Assembly: GCA_049325335.1 (NCBI GenBank)
Contig: JBMOMC010000043.1
Location: forward strand, 181,852-245,851
Direction of reading: 5' to 3'
Origin: Nitrospirota bacterium
GTDB taxonomy: Bacteria > Nitrospirota > Nitrospiria > 2-01-FULL-66-17
DNA: 64,000 nucleotides
Shown: in pieces, positions 1 to 10,252 of the stretch
Position numbering within the stretch: the stretch's first letter is position 1
Layout: each line of letters starts with the position of its first letter
The notes under the pieces: model-generated
The model's database searches: none
What the model saw: only the letters and a program-made list of their open reading frames with translations
Told to the model about the DNA's origin: nothing
Translations under genes and position numbers: made by a program

Positions 1-3000
1 GGACGACGGTGGCGGGCAGCGCAGCCACGGCGAGCGTGCCGTTCGTGCACGTGAGCATGGCACGCCTGAGCTGGTGGTGGGCGAACACGGGCCTGGCGCC
101 GGGGGCGTACACGATCACGGTCACCAACCCCGCAGCGGCGGGCGGGCTGCAGAGCGGCGGCACGAGTTTCACGGTGACGAATGCGCAGCCCGTGGTCGGA
201 ATTGTGACGCCGGATCCGGTGACGTACGGGGTGACGGCGAGTCGGGCGATTTTGGTGGATGGGTCGGATTTTGTGGTGGGCGCCACCGTGCTGGTGAGCA
301 GCGCCACGACGAGTACGACATTGCCGGCGAGCGGCACCCCCGGCCCGACGGTGGCGGGCAGCGCAGCCTCGGCGAGCGTGCCGTTCGTGTTCGTCAGTTC
401 GGCGCGGGTGAGCTTTTGGTGGCCGAACACGGCGTTATTGCCGGGCACGTACACGATTACCGTGACCAACCCCGCGTCGGCGGGCGGACTGAGCGGGAGC
501 GCGAGTTTTACGGTGGCGCAAGCGCAGCCGGTGATCGGGATCGTGACGCCGGACCCGGTGACGTATTCTTTGGACGCGAGTCGCGCCATCTTATTGGATG
601 GGTCGGACTTTGTGGTGGGGGCCACTGTTCTGGTGAGTAGTGCCGGGACAAGCACCACGTTAACGGGCACAACTCAAGCGGGGACTATCGCCACGGCGAG
701 CGTGCCATTTGTGCATGCGAGCGCGGCGCGGGTGAGCCTGTGGTGGGCGAACACGGGCCTGACGCCGGGCGTGTACACGATCCGGGTCACCAATCCCGCG
801 GCCTCGGGTGGGCTGAGCGGGAGCGCCAGTTTTACGGTGGCGGCGCCGATACCGGAGATCAGTAGCGTGAGCCTCGTGACGGCTGAGTATAACGTGACGC
901 CGTCGACGCAAGTAACGATCACTGGTTCGAATTTCTTCGCACCCATCGGGTCGGATTCGCCAGTGGTATCGTTGATATCAGCGACGTCGTCTATCCAGAT
1001 CCAATGTGTGACGGGAGCAGCCGGGAGCACGTCCAGTACAAGGCGGTGCGTCCATATTAGTCGCACCCAGATCGAGTTTTATTGGGAAAACACCGCGGTC
1101 CCTCCCGGGGACTATGCGCTCACCATCGTGAATCCGGTAGGCGCGGGGGCAGTCCGGAGTAATGCGGTCACGTTCCGCATCACGGCGCCGCGACCGGAGA
1201 TTCGCGCGATCAGCCCGGTGGCCGTGGCCGCGGGGGTGACGGCGTCGCGCGCTGTTGACGTGATGGGAGTCGATGACCCGGAGAACCACGTGGGGTTTGT
1301 GGTGGACGCGACCCTGTACGTGACCGACTCGGCCAATGCGGGCCAGAGCCTGGAGTGCACCGCGGTGGCGGGAACGGTTCCCTCCGCGACCACGCGGTGC
1401 GTGTACGTCGGACCGGGTTTGTTGCGGTTTTATTGGGACGCGGACCAAGCCGCGGATTCCGTCGCCCCGTCGTTGGGGCCTGGCAGCTACACCGTTCATG
1501 TGACCAACCACGCGCGTCGCGGCGGATTGGCGACGACCACGCCAGGGCAGTTCCGTGTGACGCCGAGTGCTGAGCTAATCAGCGTTGCACCCGCGACCGG
1601 TGAAACGGGCGTAGGGGCCGGTGCGCGCAGCGCGGTACTGAACTTAACGACCGCCGGGTTCCCGGCCGGGTCAGTGCTGCGGATTGGAACGCCGGCGCCG
1701 GATCACGTCGCGGTGCAAGATCCGCAAGTGACCATGCGCTCAGGGTTCCGCGCGAACGTGACCGAGGATGGGGGAACCGTGGTGATTGATATCGCGGAAA
1801 ATCCGGCGCGAGACACCGATCGCCATCTTGCGGTCACCATTACCAGCCCTGACGGACTCTATCAGTTCACGTGTAGTCCGGCGACGCCGGGCACGGACAC
1901 GTGTAAATCAGGCTTACTCATCACGCCCTCCCCGGTCATCACGGGGATCACGCCCGCGGTGGGCGTGGGATCGACCGGACGCACGCTCACCATCGCCGGC
2001 CAGAGGTTCGTGGCCGGCGGAACGGTCGTGACGCTCCCCACCGGCGTGACCGGGGCGTGTGCGGCGACGACCACATCCTCCATCACCTGTTCGAGCGTTG
2101 CCGTGGTCGCCAGCGTGCCTCCCGGCGCGGCGTCCGTGGTGGTCACCAACCCTGATGGCGGACGCACCACCGGGACCATGTCCATTACCGCGCCGCTCGT
2201 TGTGTCGTCGATCACCCCGAACACCGGGGCTGCGGGGACCGCGCACAATGTCACGGTGACGGGGTCAGGGTTCCAGTCCCCAATCACGGTGGTCGCAGGC
2301 GCCGGGATCACGGTCAGCAATGTGACGGTGGTAGACGCGAACACCGTGACCGCAACCTTTACCCTTGCGGCAGGTGCGGCCGATGGCTACCGGTCGCTCA
2401 CCGTGACGAATACGGTTGACGGAAGCACGGCGGTGGTGCCGCAGGCCTTCTACATCGGGACGCCGCCGAATGATCCGGTTGCGGCATTGGCCACGTTCGG
2501 CCAACAGGGCCAGTCGCTGGTTCAGTACGAACGTTCGTTGGGAACCGGCTGGTCCGCGCGATTCTCCGGCCCCGCGGTTTCGTCGCCGCCGGTGTGGCAG
2601 GTCATGAAGGCCAACCCGGTCCGGGATGAACGTCTCGTGGCCGTGGTGGATGATCAGCGGCGGCTCTCGCTGCACGTGTGGAACGGGCAGGCATGGATTG
2701 GGGCGTTATCGGCCGCAACATCAACCGGCCTCGCGCGGCCGTCGCAGACCGTGGACGTGGCGTTCGAACAAAATAGCGGGCGGGGGCTTGTGGTGTATGC
2801 CGTGACCGCGGATACCGCCTTGCGCTACCGGATCTGGGACGGAACCGCTTGGAGCGACGAAGCCCTGGTTGAGGATCTTGTGAACGGCCAACCAACGTCA
2901 GGGCGTCCGCTGTGGGTTCGGTTGGAAGCGCGTCCGACCGCGGATATTCCGGCGCTGGCCAATGATGTCATGTTGGTGTATGGCGATCAGAACGACGCGA

Positions 3001-5783
3001 TCGGCGCGATGGTCTGGCGAGGAAACCAAAATCAATGGGAAGACGCGGTGCTGCTCACCAGCGCGGCGGCGAGCCATGAGGCCCCGATTTTTGATGTGGC
3101 GTTCGAACGCGCCAGGGGTCGCGCGATGGTCGTGTGGGCCGAGGGAACCGAAGCCACGCCGCACTATCGGATGTGGAGTCGGGACGCGAGCGATCTGGGC
3201 GGTTGGCAGGCCGCGGGCGTGGCCCCATCGATCGCCACCACCACCGGTGATCCGCTTCGCGCGCTGCGCGCAGTGGGCGACGCGTCCAATGGGACGGTGA
3301 CCAACCGGATTGTCCTGGCGGCTGGCAGCGGGACCACGGCGCCGGTTCTCGAAGCCTTGGTGTGGGACGGGACTCAATGGTCGAGTCCGGCCCAGGTGTT
3401 GACCGCGACGCTCCGCGCGTATGACGGCGGTCGTGGATTCGATCTGATATCCCAGGGGGCCAATGGGGACGTGTTGGCGGTGTATGCCACGACCGGGAGT
3501 CCCAACAGCGTCTCGCGTACATTCTCCGGCGGCGCGTGGTCGTTGACGGAGACGACCGTCTCGCTTCCGGCCAGTGCGACGCCGGCACTTTCAACGCCGG
3601 CCTGGACCGAGTTGGCGTCGTCGCCCGGCATCAACGACGTGGCGTTGACGCAGTTCGACACGTTGGGCCGGGTGTTGCTGGCGCGATGGAACGGAACCGC
3701 GTGGTCCGCCGCAACAACGGCGCAGGCGTCGGGCTCAGGACTTGTGTCGGTGTTTGATCCGACATTGGGTCGGTCGGTGGACATGCCGGCCAAAGCAGTG
3801 GCCATGAGCCTGGCGCAACATCAAGAACCCCCGGGGCCCGGCATTAATCCGCCCACAGCAACCATTGATCAGATTTCGCCTCCGGCACCGACGCTTTCCA
3901 CCGGCGCGGTAACGATGACGACCGCAAATCTCTCCTGGACCGCGGTTGGGAGCGACGGTCTCACGATGGGTGGACGGGTTGCTAATTACGAACTTCGACA
4001 AATTCTGGGGTCAGTCGTCATCACTCAGACCGTGACCGCGGCGCAAGATCCCGGCGGAACAGAAAGCTACATGGTAACCGGTCTTTCCGGGGCCAGGAGT
4101 TACTCGTTTGATATTCGTGCGGTGGATGCCGCCGGCAATCAGTCGCTCTGGTCCAATCGTGTGACGGTGGAGACGCCGGCTGCTCCTCCGCCGGCGGTCG
4201 CTGGCCTGGCCGTGGTGAATGCCTTGACTTCCCGGACCTCGGTGACGCTGGCCTGGCCGCGGCCGACGTTTGGGGCCAATCATGCGCCGTTCGCATCGTA
4301 CATCGTCAAATACCAAACCGGAGGGGCGTTTACGTCCGAGGCGCAATTTGACGCCGCGTTGCCCGAAATTCGGACATCGGCGGAGTCCGTGACGATCACG
4401 GGTCTCCAGTTCGGCGCGACGTATTGGTTCGCCGTGAAGGTCGTAGATACCATAGGAGCTAGCAGTGGGATGTCGAACATCGTGCAGGCGACCACGGCCA
4501 ACCACGCGCCGGACCCGATTGCTGACCTGCGCGTGATCGGCGTCCCGACTACGACGTCGGTCACCTTGCGGTGGACCATGCCGGCGGATGACGCCGGACC
4601 TGTAACCTCGTATGTCGTGAAATACACGAGCGCCGCCACGGTCGGGACGATTCTCACGGACACGGAATTCATCAACGCCACGACGTTTTCCGGCCAGCCC
4701 ACGCGGGATACCGCGTTTTTACCGCCGGTTGAAACCATTACAGTGACTGGACTAACGGCCAATACCCAGTATTGGTTTGCGGTCAAAGCCGTGGATACGG
4801 ATGGGCTGCAGAGTCCGTTGTCGGGGAGCCCGACGGCCACCACGGCCAACGTCGCGGTGCCGGACACGACGGCGCCGGCGGCGATCACGGACTTGGCGGT
4901 TGTGGCGTCTAGTACCACGAGCAGTTCAATCACGTTGTCGTGGACCGCGACCGGTGATGACGGGTCCACGGGGACTGCGACGGAGTACGAAGCGCGTTAC
5001 GCCGCGTTCCCACTCACCGCGCAGAACTTCTTACAAGGGATTCAAGTCCCGGTGTCGGCGCCCGTGATCGCGGGCCAGGCCGAACGGATGACGTTGGTCG
5101 GGCTGTCATCCAACACCCAGTATTTCGTCTCGGTGAGGGTGTTGGACGAGGCCGGAAACGCCAGCCTGTCGAACCTCGCGGTCGGGCAAACCGGTTTGCG
5201 TCGGGGGTACACCCTGGTGTCGGTTCCCAAGGTGTTGACGGCGCCGAATGACGGGGTCCTACAAGTATTTGGGGACGATGTCGGGAGCGGCGCCCTCATG
5301 TATCGGTGGCGATCACTGGGCGCGGACGTCGATACGGGGTGTTATGACGGATACCCGAGCCCCTTCACGTATGACACGGCGTATTCCTGCAGTGCGATTA
5401 CAACGGTCGGCACGGGTCTGGGGTACTACCTGTATAACTCCAGCGAGTCGATCAACGGGCGCGCGGTACTTGATGCGACCGGCTCGTCGGTCGCCGCCCC
5501 CACGTTCGAGATCGCGCTGTCGCTTGGATTTAACATGGTCGGCAACCCGTACGAACGCGAGATTCCATTGAGCGCGGTTTCCGTGAGACGGGGGAGCGGG
5601 GCACCCGTGTCGTATCAACAAGCCGTGTTAAACGGCTGGGTCGGCCCCGCGCTCCTCCTCTTCGACGGCGTGGTCAGTCGGCCCTACGACGTGTCGGATA
5701 CAAGGGCGGTGTTGAAACCGTGGAACGGCGGGTGGGTTCAGAGCTTTTTCAATGACGTCATTCTCGTGTTCACCAGTCCGTAG
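1..5783 (+). CDS. Giant repetitive surface/secreted protein, 5'-truncated by the window edge: IPT/TIG-like Ig repeats, a Trp-rich repeat region, fibronectin type III domains and a C-terminal GFNMVGNPY-type domain
   Basis: The frame is open from the window start. It has ~110-aa tandem repeats (VPFV..S.AR.S.WW.NT.L.PG.YTI.VTNP), repeated WxGxxW motifs, FN3 signatures (VTLxW...Y.V.Y...GL..xTxYWFAVKAVD) and a Thr/Val/Ala/Gly-rich composition. Confidence 0.8.
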   Translation, partial: TTVAGSAATASVPFVHVSMARLSWWWANTGLAPGAYTITVTNPAAAGGLQSGGTSFTVTNAQPVVGIVTPDPVTYGVTASRAILVDGSDFVVGATVLVSSATTSTTLPASGTPGPTVAGSAASASVPFVFVSSARVSFWWPNTALLPGTYTITVTNPASAGGLSGSASFTVAQAQPVIGIVTPDPVTYSLDASRAILLDGSDFVVGATVLVSSAGTSTTLTGTTQAGTIATASVPFVHASAARVSLWWANTGLTPGVYTIRVTNPAASGGLSGSASFTVAAPIPEISSVSLVTAEYNVTPSTQVTITGSNFFAPIGSDSPVVSLISATSSIQIQCVTGAAGSTSSTRRCVHISRTQIEFYWENTAVPPGDYALTIVNPVGAGAVRSNAVTFRITAPRPEIRAISPVAVAAGVTASRAVDVMGVDDPENHVGFVVDATLYVTDSANAGQSLECTAVAGTVPSATTRCVYVGPGLLRFYWDADQAADSVAPSLGPGSYTVHVTNHARRGGLATTTPGQFRVTPSAELISVAPATGETGVGAGARSAVLNLTTAGFPAGSVLRIGTPAPDHVAVQDPQVTMRSGFRANVTEDGGTVVIDIAENPARDTDRHLAVTITSPDGLYQFTCSPATPGTDTCKSGLLITPSPVITGITPAVGVGSTGRTLTIAGQRFVAGGTVVTLPTGVTGACAATTTSSITCSSVAVVASVPPGAASVVVTNPDGGRTTGTMSITAPLVVSSITPNTGAAGTAHNVTVTGSGFQSPITVVAGAGITVSNVTVVDANTVTATFTLAAGAADGYRSLTVTNTVDGSTAVVPQAFYIGTPPNDPVAALATFGQQGQSLVQYERSLGTGWSARFSGPAVSSPPVWQVMKANPVRDERLVAVVDDQRRLSLHVWNGQAWIGALSAATSTGLARPSQTVDVAFEQNSGRGLVVYAVTADTALRYRIWDGTAWSDEALVEDLVNGQPTSGRPLWVRLEARPTADIPALANDVMLVYGDQNDAIGAMVWRGNQNQWEDAVLLTSAAASHEAPIFDVAFERARGRAMVVWAEGTEATPHYRMWSRDASDLGGWQAAGVAPSIATTTGDPLRALRAVGDASNGTVTNRIVLAAGSGTTAPVLEALVWDGTQWSSPAQVLTATLRAYDGGRGFDLISQGANGDVLAVYATTGSPNSVSRTFSGGAWSLTETTVSLPASATPALSTPAWTELASSPGINDVALTQFDTLGRVLLARWNGTAWSAATTAQASGSGLVSVFDPTLGRSVDMPAKAVAMSLAQHQEPPGPGINPPTATIDQISPPAPTLSTGAVTMTTANLSWTAVGSDGLTMGGRVANYELRQILGSVVITQTVTAAQDPGGTESYMVTGLSGARSYSFDIRAVDAAGNQSLWSNRVTVETPAAPPPAVAGLAVVNALTSRTSVTLAWPRPTFGANHAPFASYIVKYQTGGAFTSEAQFDAALPEIRTSAESVTITGLQFGATYWFAVKVVDTIGASSGMSNIVQATTANHAPDPIADLRVIGVPTTTSVTLRWTMPADDAGPVTSYVVKYTSAATVGTILTDTEFINATTFSGQPTRDTAFLPPVETITVTGLTANTQYWFAVKAVDTDGLQSPLSGSPTATTANVAVPDTTAPAAITDLAVVASSTTSSSITLSWTATGDDGSTGTATEYEARYAAFPLTAQNFLQGIQVPVSAPVIAGQAERMTLVGLSSNTQYFVSVRVLDEAGNASLSNLAVGQTGLRRGYTLVSVPKVLTAPNDGVLQVFGDDVGSGALMYRWRSLGADVDTGCYDGYPSPFTYDTAYSCSAITTVGTGLGYYLYNSSESINGRAVLDATGSSVAAPTFEIALSLGFNMVGNPYEREIPLSAVSVRRGSGAPVSYQQAVLNGWVGPALLLFDGVVSRPYDVSDTRAVLKPWNGGWVQSFFNDVILVFTSP

Positions 5784-5792
5784 GAGTAGGTC

Positions 5793-6614
5793 GTGAAACA
5801 GCGTGGGTTCATCGGTGGTGGTTCATTACTTGTGTGGGTTAGCTGGGCGAGTGTCGCCCTGGCGGCAGACGTATCGCTGACCATATCGATCCCTTCTTCG
5901 CTGGCGGAAGGGGGCACGGCGGAGACGGAACTGCGGATGGGCGTCGTTCCGGGTGCGACCGCGGGCGTTGACACCCGCTGGGATGTGCCGGCGCCTCTCA
6001 CCCCGTCCGCGACGAGCCTCGTGACCTTGTCCGCGAGTATTGCGCCTCCGCCTTCGGTCGCCGGTCAGCCGTTGTTGTGGGATTTTCGCGGCGAGACGCT
6101 CCCGCAATCATGGACGATCCTGGTGACCACGGACCAACCCGATCCCGTCACGCTTGGGTGGACGGCGACCGGGAGCGGCAATGCCTGTGTGCCCGTCACG
6201 TGGAGCCTGGAAGACCTGTACACCGGATCGCGAAGGGACCTAGCGGCGGCCACTGTTTCTCAATACCAATATTCCGGTCCGGGTCCGAGAACGCGCGAGT
6301 TTGTGGTGACCGCGGCCGCCGCGCCCACCCAGCCGCAACCATCGAGTCCGACAAGTCTGTGGAGCCCTCGTCAGGGCCGGACCAGTGTGTATCTGGCGTG
6401 GTCCCCGTCCGGCGAGCCTTCGATCATGTATCACGTCTACCGGGAGACCGGCCAAGGGGCCACCCGTCTGACCTCGGCGCCGATCGCCGCCACCGCGTAC
6501 GTGGACACGGGGGCTGATCTCACCGAGCCGGTCACGTATTCCGTGAGCGCGGTGACGGGAAGTGGATGCGAGAGTCCGCGGTCGGCCGGCTATCGGGTGC
6601 AACCCCGCCGCTGA
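5793..6614 (+). CDS. Secreted protein with a C-terminal FN3-like domain
   Basis: AGGAG SD and GTG start 9 nt after the previous stop; signal peptide ending ALA-A; C-terminal VYLAW...YHVYR...YVD...YSVSAV pattern. Confidence 0.7.
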   Translation: MKQRGFIGGGSLLVWVSWASVALAADVSLTISIPSSLAEGGTAETELRMGVVPGATAGVDTRWDVPAPLTPSATSLVTLSASIAPPPSVAGQPLLWDFRGETLPQSWTILVTTDQPDPVTLGWTATGSGNACVPVTWSLEDLYTGSRRDLAAATVSQYQYSGPGPRTREFVVTAAAAPTQPQPSSPTSLWSPRQGRTSVYLAWSPSGEPSIMYHVYRETGQGATRLTSAPIAATAYVDTGADLTEPVTYSVSAVTGSGCESPRSAGYRVQPRR

Positions 6615-6623
6615 TTTCGCGGT

Positions 6624-6653
6624 TTGACTTCGATTTTTTGCGGTCGGTATAAT
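6624..6653 (+). promoter_or_regulatory. Sigma70-type promoter for thiS-thiG
   Basis: TTGACT-18 nt-TATAAT. Confidence 0.65.
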
Positions 6654-6723
6654 TTCTCGCGGCGCCAAGCGCCGTACGGTTTTGCCGATGGGACATAACC
6701 TTCACACCACCGACGCCGATCAG

Positions 6724-7695
6724 ATGACCGTGACGCTCAATGGCACACCAACCGCCATCGGCCGGGGTGCCAGCGTGTCCGATCTGCTGGCGCACCTGCG
6801 CATCGTCCACGAGCGGGTGGCAGTAGAGGTGAACGTGGCGGTGGTGGATCGTAAGGACTTCGCCCGGACCATTCTCCAAGAAGGCGACCACGTCGAGATC
6901 GTGAACTTTGTCGGGGGCGGCATGGACGAACCACTGCGCATCGGGCCGGTTGAACTCAAGTCTCGCCTGATCGTGGGCACCGGAAAGTTCAAGGACTTTG
7001 CCGAAACCAAGCGCGTGATCGATGCGTCGGGCGCGGACATGGTCACGGTGGCGGTCCGTCGCGTCAATATCCTGGATCACGCCAGCGAGAATTTGCTCGA
7101 CTACCTCAATCCCAAGGACTATCACATTTTGCCGAACACCGCGGGCTGTTATTCCGCGGAGGACGCCATTCGCACGGCGCGCCTGGCACGTTCGGCCGGG
7201 ATTTCCGATTTGGTGAAGCTGGAGGTAATCGGCGATCAGAAAACCTTGTTCCCGGACAACGAGGCGTTGCTCGAAGCCGCGAAGGTGTTGGTGAAGGAAG
7301 GGTTCGTGGTGCTGCCGTACACCACGGACGACCCGATCATGGCCAAGAAACTCCAAGACGTCGGGTGCGCCGCGGTCATGCCGTTGGGCGCGCCGATCGG
7401 GTCCGGCCTGGGTATTCGCAATCCGTATAACCTCCGCATCATTCGCGAGACCATTTCCGTTCCCGTGATCGTTGACGCGGGGGTGGGCACGGCGTCTGAC
7501 GCGGCCATTGCCATGGAATTGGGCTGTTCGGGCGTGTTGATGAATACCGGCATTGCCGGGGCCAAACACCCCCTGTTGATGGCCGAAGCCATGCGCGATG
7601 CGGTGCGCGCCGGGCGGCTGGCGTACTTGGCGGGGCGCATTCCCAAGAAACTCTATGCCACGGCATCGAGCCCGCTCGATGGACTGGTTGACTGA
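6724..7695 (+). CDS. thiG: ThiS-ThiG fusion (sulfur carrier plus thiazole synthase); alternative start at 6688
   Basis: The ThiS unit (MTVTLNG...VAVEVN...[13 protein letters not shown]) reads without a stop into ThiG ([41 protein letters not shown]). Confidence 0.93.
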   Translation: MTVTLNGTPTAIGRGASVSDLLAHLRIVHERVAVEVNVAVVDRKDFARTILQEGDHVEIVNFVGGGMDEPLRIGPVELKSRLIVGTGKFKDFAETKRVIDASGADMVTVAVRRVNILDHASENLLDYLNPKDYHILPNTAGCYSAEDAIRTARLARSAGISDLVKLEVIGDQKTLFPDNEALLEAAKVLVKEGFVVLPYTTDDPIMAKKLQDVGCAAVMPLGAPIGSGLGIRNPYNLRIIRETISVPVIVDAGVGTASDAAIAMELGCSGVLMNTGIAGAKHPLLMAEAMRDAVRAGRLAYLAGRIPKKLYATASSPLDGLVD

Positions 7696-7721
7696 TCGAG
7701 CGTCCGGCATCTCCGGATACG

Positions 7722-7757
7722 AGGGCGGCTGATCGGGGGATGATCAGCCGCCCTTTT
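7722..7757 (+). terminator. Intrinsic terminator-like hairpin between thiG and thiE
   Basis: AGGGCGGCTGATC-N7-GATCAGCCGCCCT followed by Ts. Confidence 0.55.
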
Positions 7758-7777
7758 CCTCTATCATAAGGAGTGTC

Positions 7778-8431
7778 GTGACTCCGGACTGGCCCATCTA
7801 CCTCATTACGGATCGACGGCAAGTCGGTGATCGAGGCCTGGTCCCGACCATCGAGTCCGCACTGCGCGGCGGAGTCCGCGCGGTTCAACTTCGGGAGAAG
7901 GATTTGCCGGTTCGTGGGTTGCTGGCGCTGGCGCGCGAGCTGCGCGAGCTTACGGAGCGCGCGGGCGCGCATCTGCTGATCAACGGTCGGATCGACGTGA
8001 TGTCGGCGGTGGGCGCGGACGGCGTGCACCTGAGAGCGGACAGCCTGCCCACGGCTGCGGCGCGGCGCGTGATCGGGTCCGGGAAACTCCTTGGGGTGTC
8101 CTCGCACTCGATGGACGAAGCCGTGCGCGCGGAGGAGGAGGGGGCGGACTTCGTGACCTTCGGCCCGGTGTACGAAACGCCGTCGAAAGCCGGGTACGGG
8201 CCGCCGGTCGGACCGGAGGCGCTGCGCGCGGTCTGCCGGCGACTCCGAATCCCGGTCTACGCGTTGGGCGGGGTTTCGCGCGCGAGGATCGGCGAGGTGT
8301 TCGCGGCCGGCGCGTCGGGCGCGGCGATGATCTCACAAATTATGTCTTCAGGGGATAGTTTCACGGCGTCGCGCGCGTGCGTGGAGCGCGCGCGCGACGC
8401 AATGCGTCATCCGTCGGTTGACCACCCGTAG
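7778..8431 (+). CDS. thiE: Thiamine phosphate synthase (ThiE/TenI family)
   Basis: YLITD, VQLREK, ADGVHL, G.S.HS, FGPVYETPSK and ALGG motifs; next to thiG. Confidence 0.85.
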   Translation: MTPDWPIYLITDRRQVGDRGLVPTIESALRGGVRAVQLREKDLPVRGLLALARELRELTERAGAHLLINGRIDVMSAVGADGVHLRADSLPTAAARRVIGSGKLLGVSSHSMDEAVRAEEEGADFVTFGPVYETPSKAGYGPPVGPEALRAVCRRLRIPVYALGGVSRARIGEVFAAGASGAAMISQIMSSGDSFTASRACVERARDAMRHPSVDHP

Positions 8432-8446
8432 GGAGGGTGTTAGAAT
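8418..8446 (+). promoter_or_regulatory. Sigma70-type promoter of the Pup-proteasome operon
   Basis: TTGACC-17 nt-TAGAAT upstream of arc. Confidence 0.6.
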
Positions 8447-8503
8447 CAAAATGCGGTTGTAAACGGACCATACCGTTAGAGTATGACCCCGAAAGGAGGG
8501 GCC

Positions 8504-10252
8504 ATGAGCGAGTCGAAACGGCAGTCGGGCAAGCTCAACGCGTTAAAATCCACCCTCCGCAAGCTGCAAGACCAGTTAGGCAGCGACGAACCCCACGAAC
8601 CCGCCGGGTCCCAACGCGAAGTCGATCGGCTGCAGCGGCAGATTCGGAGCATGGAAGAAGAGCTCCGGAGAACCGAACACTCCCAAGAGCAGCTCGATCA
8701 GGCGTCCCGTCAGAACGAAAAACTGGTCCAAGCGCTCCAAGAGGCCCGCGAACAGATCGAGGCGCTTCGGCAGGAAGTGGAGAAACTCACCGCGCCGCCG
8801 TTGTCGTTCGCGGTGTTTTCGGACGCGAACGACGACGGCACGGTCAACGTGTATGTGGCCGGACGCAAAATGAAGGTCGCCGTACATCCGAACATCGCCA
8901 TGTCGGACTTGCGGCGCGGACAGCAGTTGATTCTCAATGAAGCGCTCAACGTGGTGGAGCGCCGCGACTTCGAGTTGCAAGGCGAAGTGGTCCGGCTCAA
9001 AGACCTGCTCTCGGATCAACGCGCGATCGTGATGTTGCGCGCGGACGAGGAACGCGTGGCGGAACTCGCGGATTCATTGGCCGGGGAGCGGCTCAGCGTG
9101 GGGGACCACCTCCTCTTTGACGTCCGGTCGGGGTATCTCCTGGAGAAGTTGCCCAAATCCGAGGTGGAAGAGCTGGTCCTGGAAGAGGTTCCCGACGTCA
9201 GCTACGAGCAGATCGGGGGACTCGGCGACCAACTCGAGCAGATCCAAGACGCGGTCGAGTTGCCGTTTTTGCAGCGTGAGCTGTTTGCCCAGTATCGGTT
9301 GTCCCCACCCAAAGGCGTCTTGTTATACGGGCCTCCGGGCTGCGGGAAGACGTTGATCGCCAAGGCGGTGGCCAACTCGATCGCGAAGAAAATGGGGAAC
9401 GCCACGGGTCGGGACGTGAAAAGTTATTTTCTGCACGTGAAAGGGCCGGAGCTGCTCAATAAGTATGTCGGCGAGAGCGAACGGCAGATCCGCGAGGTCT
9501 TTAAGAAGGCCAAAGAGAAGGCCCAAGAAGGCATGCCCGTCATCGTGTTCTTCGACGAAATGGATTCGTTGTTTCGCACGCGCGGCACGGGCATTTCGTC
9601 CGACGTGGAGTCCACCATCGTCCCGCAATTTCTGGCCGAGATCGACGGGGTCGAACGGCTGCGGAACGTGATCGTGATCGGCGCGAGCAACCGCCAGGAC
9701 CTGATCGATCCCGCGGTCTTGCGGCCGGGCCGTCTGGACGTGAAGATTCGTGTGGATCGACCGGATCGTCGTTCCGCCAAGGATATCTTCGGGAAGTATC
9801 TGCGGTCGGATTTGCCGTACGACAATCCCGCCTCCGAGCCGGTGGATACCCTGATCAGCGGGTTGATCGATCGCGTGGTAGAGCAGATGTACAGCGCGTC
9901 CGATGAAAACCGGTTTTTGGAGGTCACGTACGCGAACGGGGAAAAGGAAACCCTGTATTTTAAAGATTTCGTCAGCGGCGCGTTGATCGAAGGCGTGGTG
10001 GCTCGGGCCAAGAAATACGCGATCAAGCGGGCGATTCGGACCGGGGAAGGCGGTATCCGCTCCGAGGACCTGGCCGCTGCGGCGCGCGACGAATTCCGCG
10101 AGCACGAAGACCTTCCCAATACCACCAACCCCGACGACTGGGCGAAGATCGCGGGACGCAAGAGCGAAAAAATCATGCACGTCCGCACCATGACGAGTCG
10201 GTCGCCGGAATCCCGAAAGGTCGAGACGGTCACCACCGGTCACTATTTATGA
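8504..10252 (+). CDS. arc: Proteasome AAA+ ATPase ARC/Mpa
   Basis: N-terminal coiled coil, OB region, Walker A GPPGCGKT, Walker [19 protein letters not shown]-terminal GHYL (HbYX-like); AGGAGG SD. Confidence 0.95.
   Translation: MSESKRQSGKLNALKSTLRKLQDQLGSDEPHEPAGSQREVDRLQRQIRSMEEELRRTEHSQEQLDQASRQNEKLVQALQEAREQIEALRQEVEKLTAPPLSFAVFSDANDDGTVNVYVAGRKMKVAVHPNIAMSDLRRGQQLILNEALNVVERRDFELQGEVVRLKDLLSDQRAIVMLRADEERVAELADSLAGERLSVGDHLLFDVRSGYLLEKLPKSEVEELVLEEVPDVSYEQIGGLGDQLEQIQDAVELPFLQRELFAQYRLSPPKGVLLYGPPGCGKTLIAKAVANSIAKKMGNATGRDVKSYFLHVKGPELLNKYVGESERQIREVFKKAKEKAQEGMPVIVFFDEMDSLFRTRGTGISSDVESTIVPQFLAEIDGVERLRNVIVIGASNRQDLIDPAVLRPGRLDVKIRVDRPDRRSAKDIFGKYLRSDLPYDNPASEPVDTLISGLIDRVVEQMYSASDENRFLEVTYANGEKETLYFKDFVSGALIEGVVARAKKYAIKRAIRTGEGGIRSEDLAAAARDEFREHEDLPNTTNPDDWAKIAGRKSEKIMHVRTMTSRSPESRKVETVTTGHYL

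Noticed and set aside
9..850. DNA repeats as a CRISPR array or mobile element
   Set aside because: They are in-frame protein domain repeats of ~330-340 bp with no repeat-spacer structure.
6654..6723. TPP riboswitch upstream of thiS-thiG
   Set aside because: The leader is short and lacks the conserved CTGAGA core.
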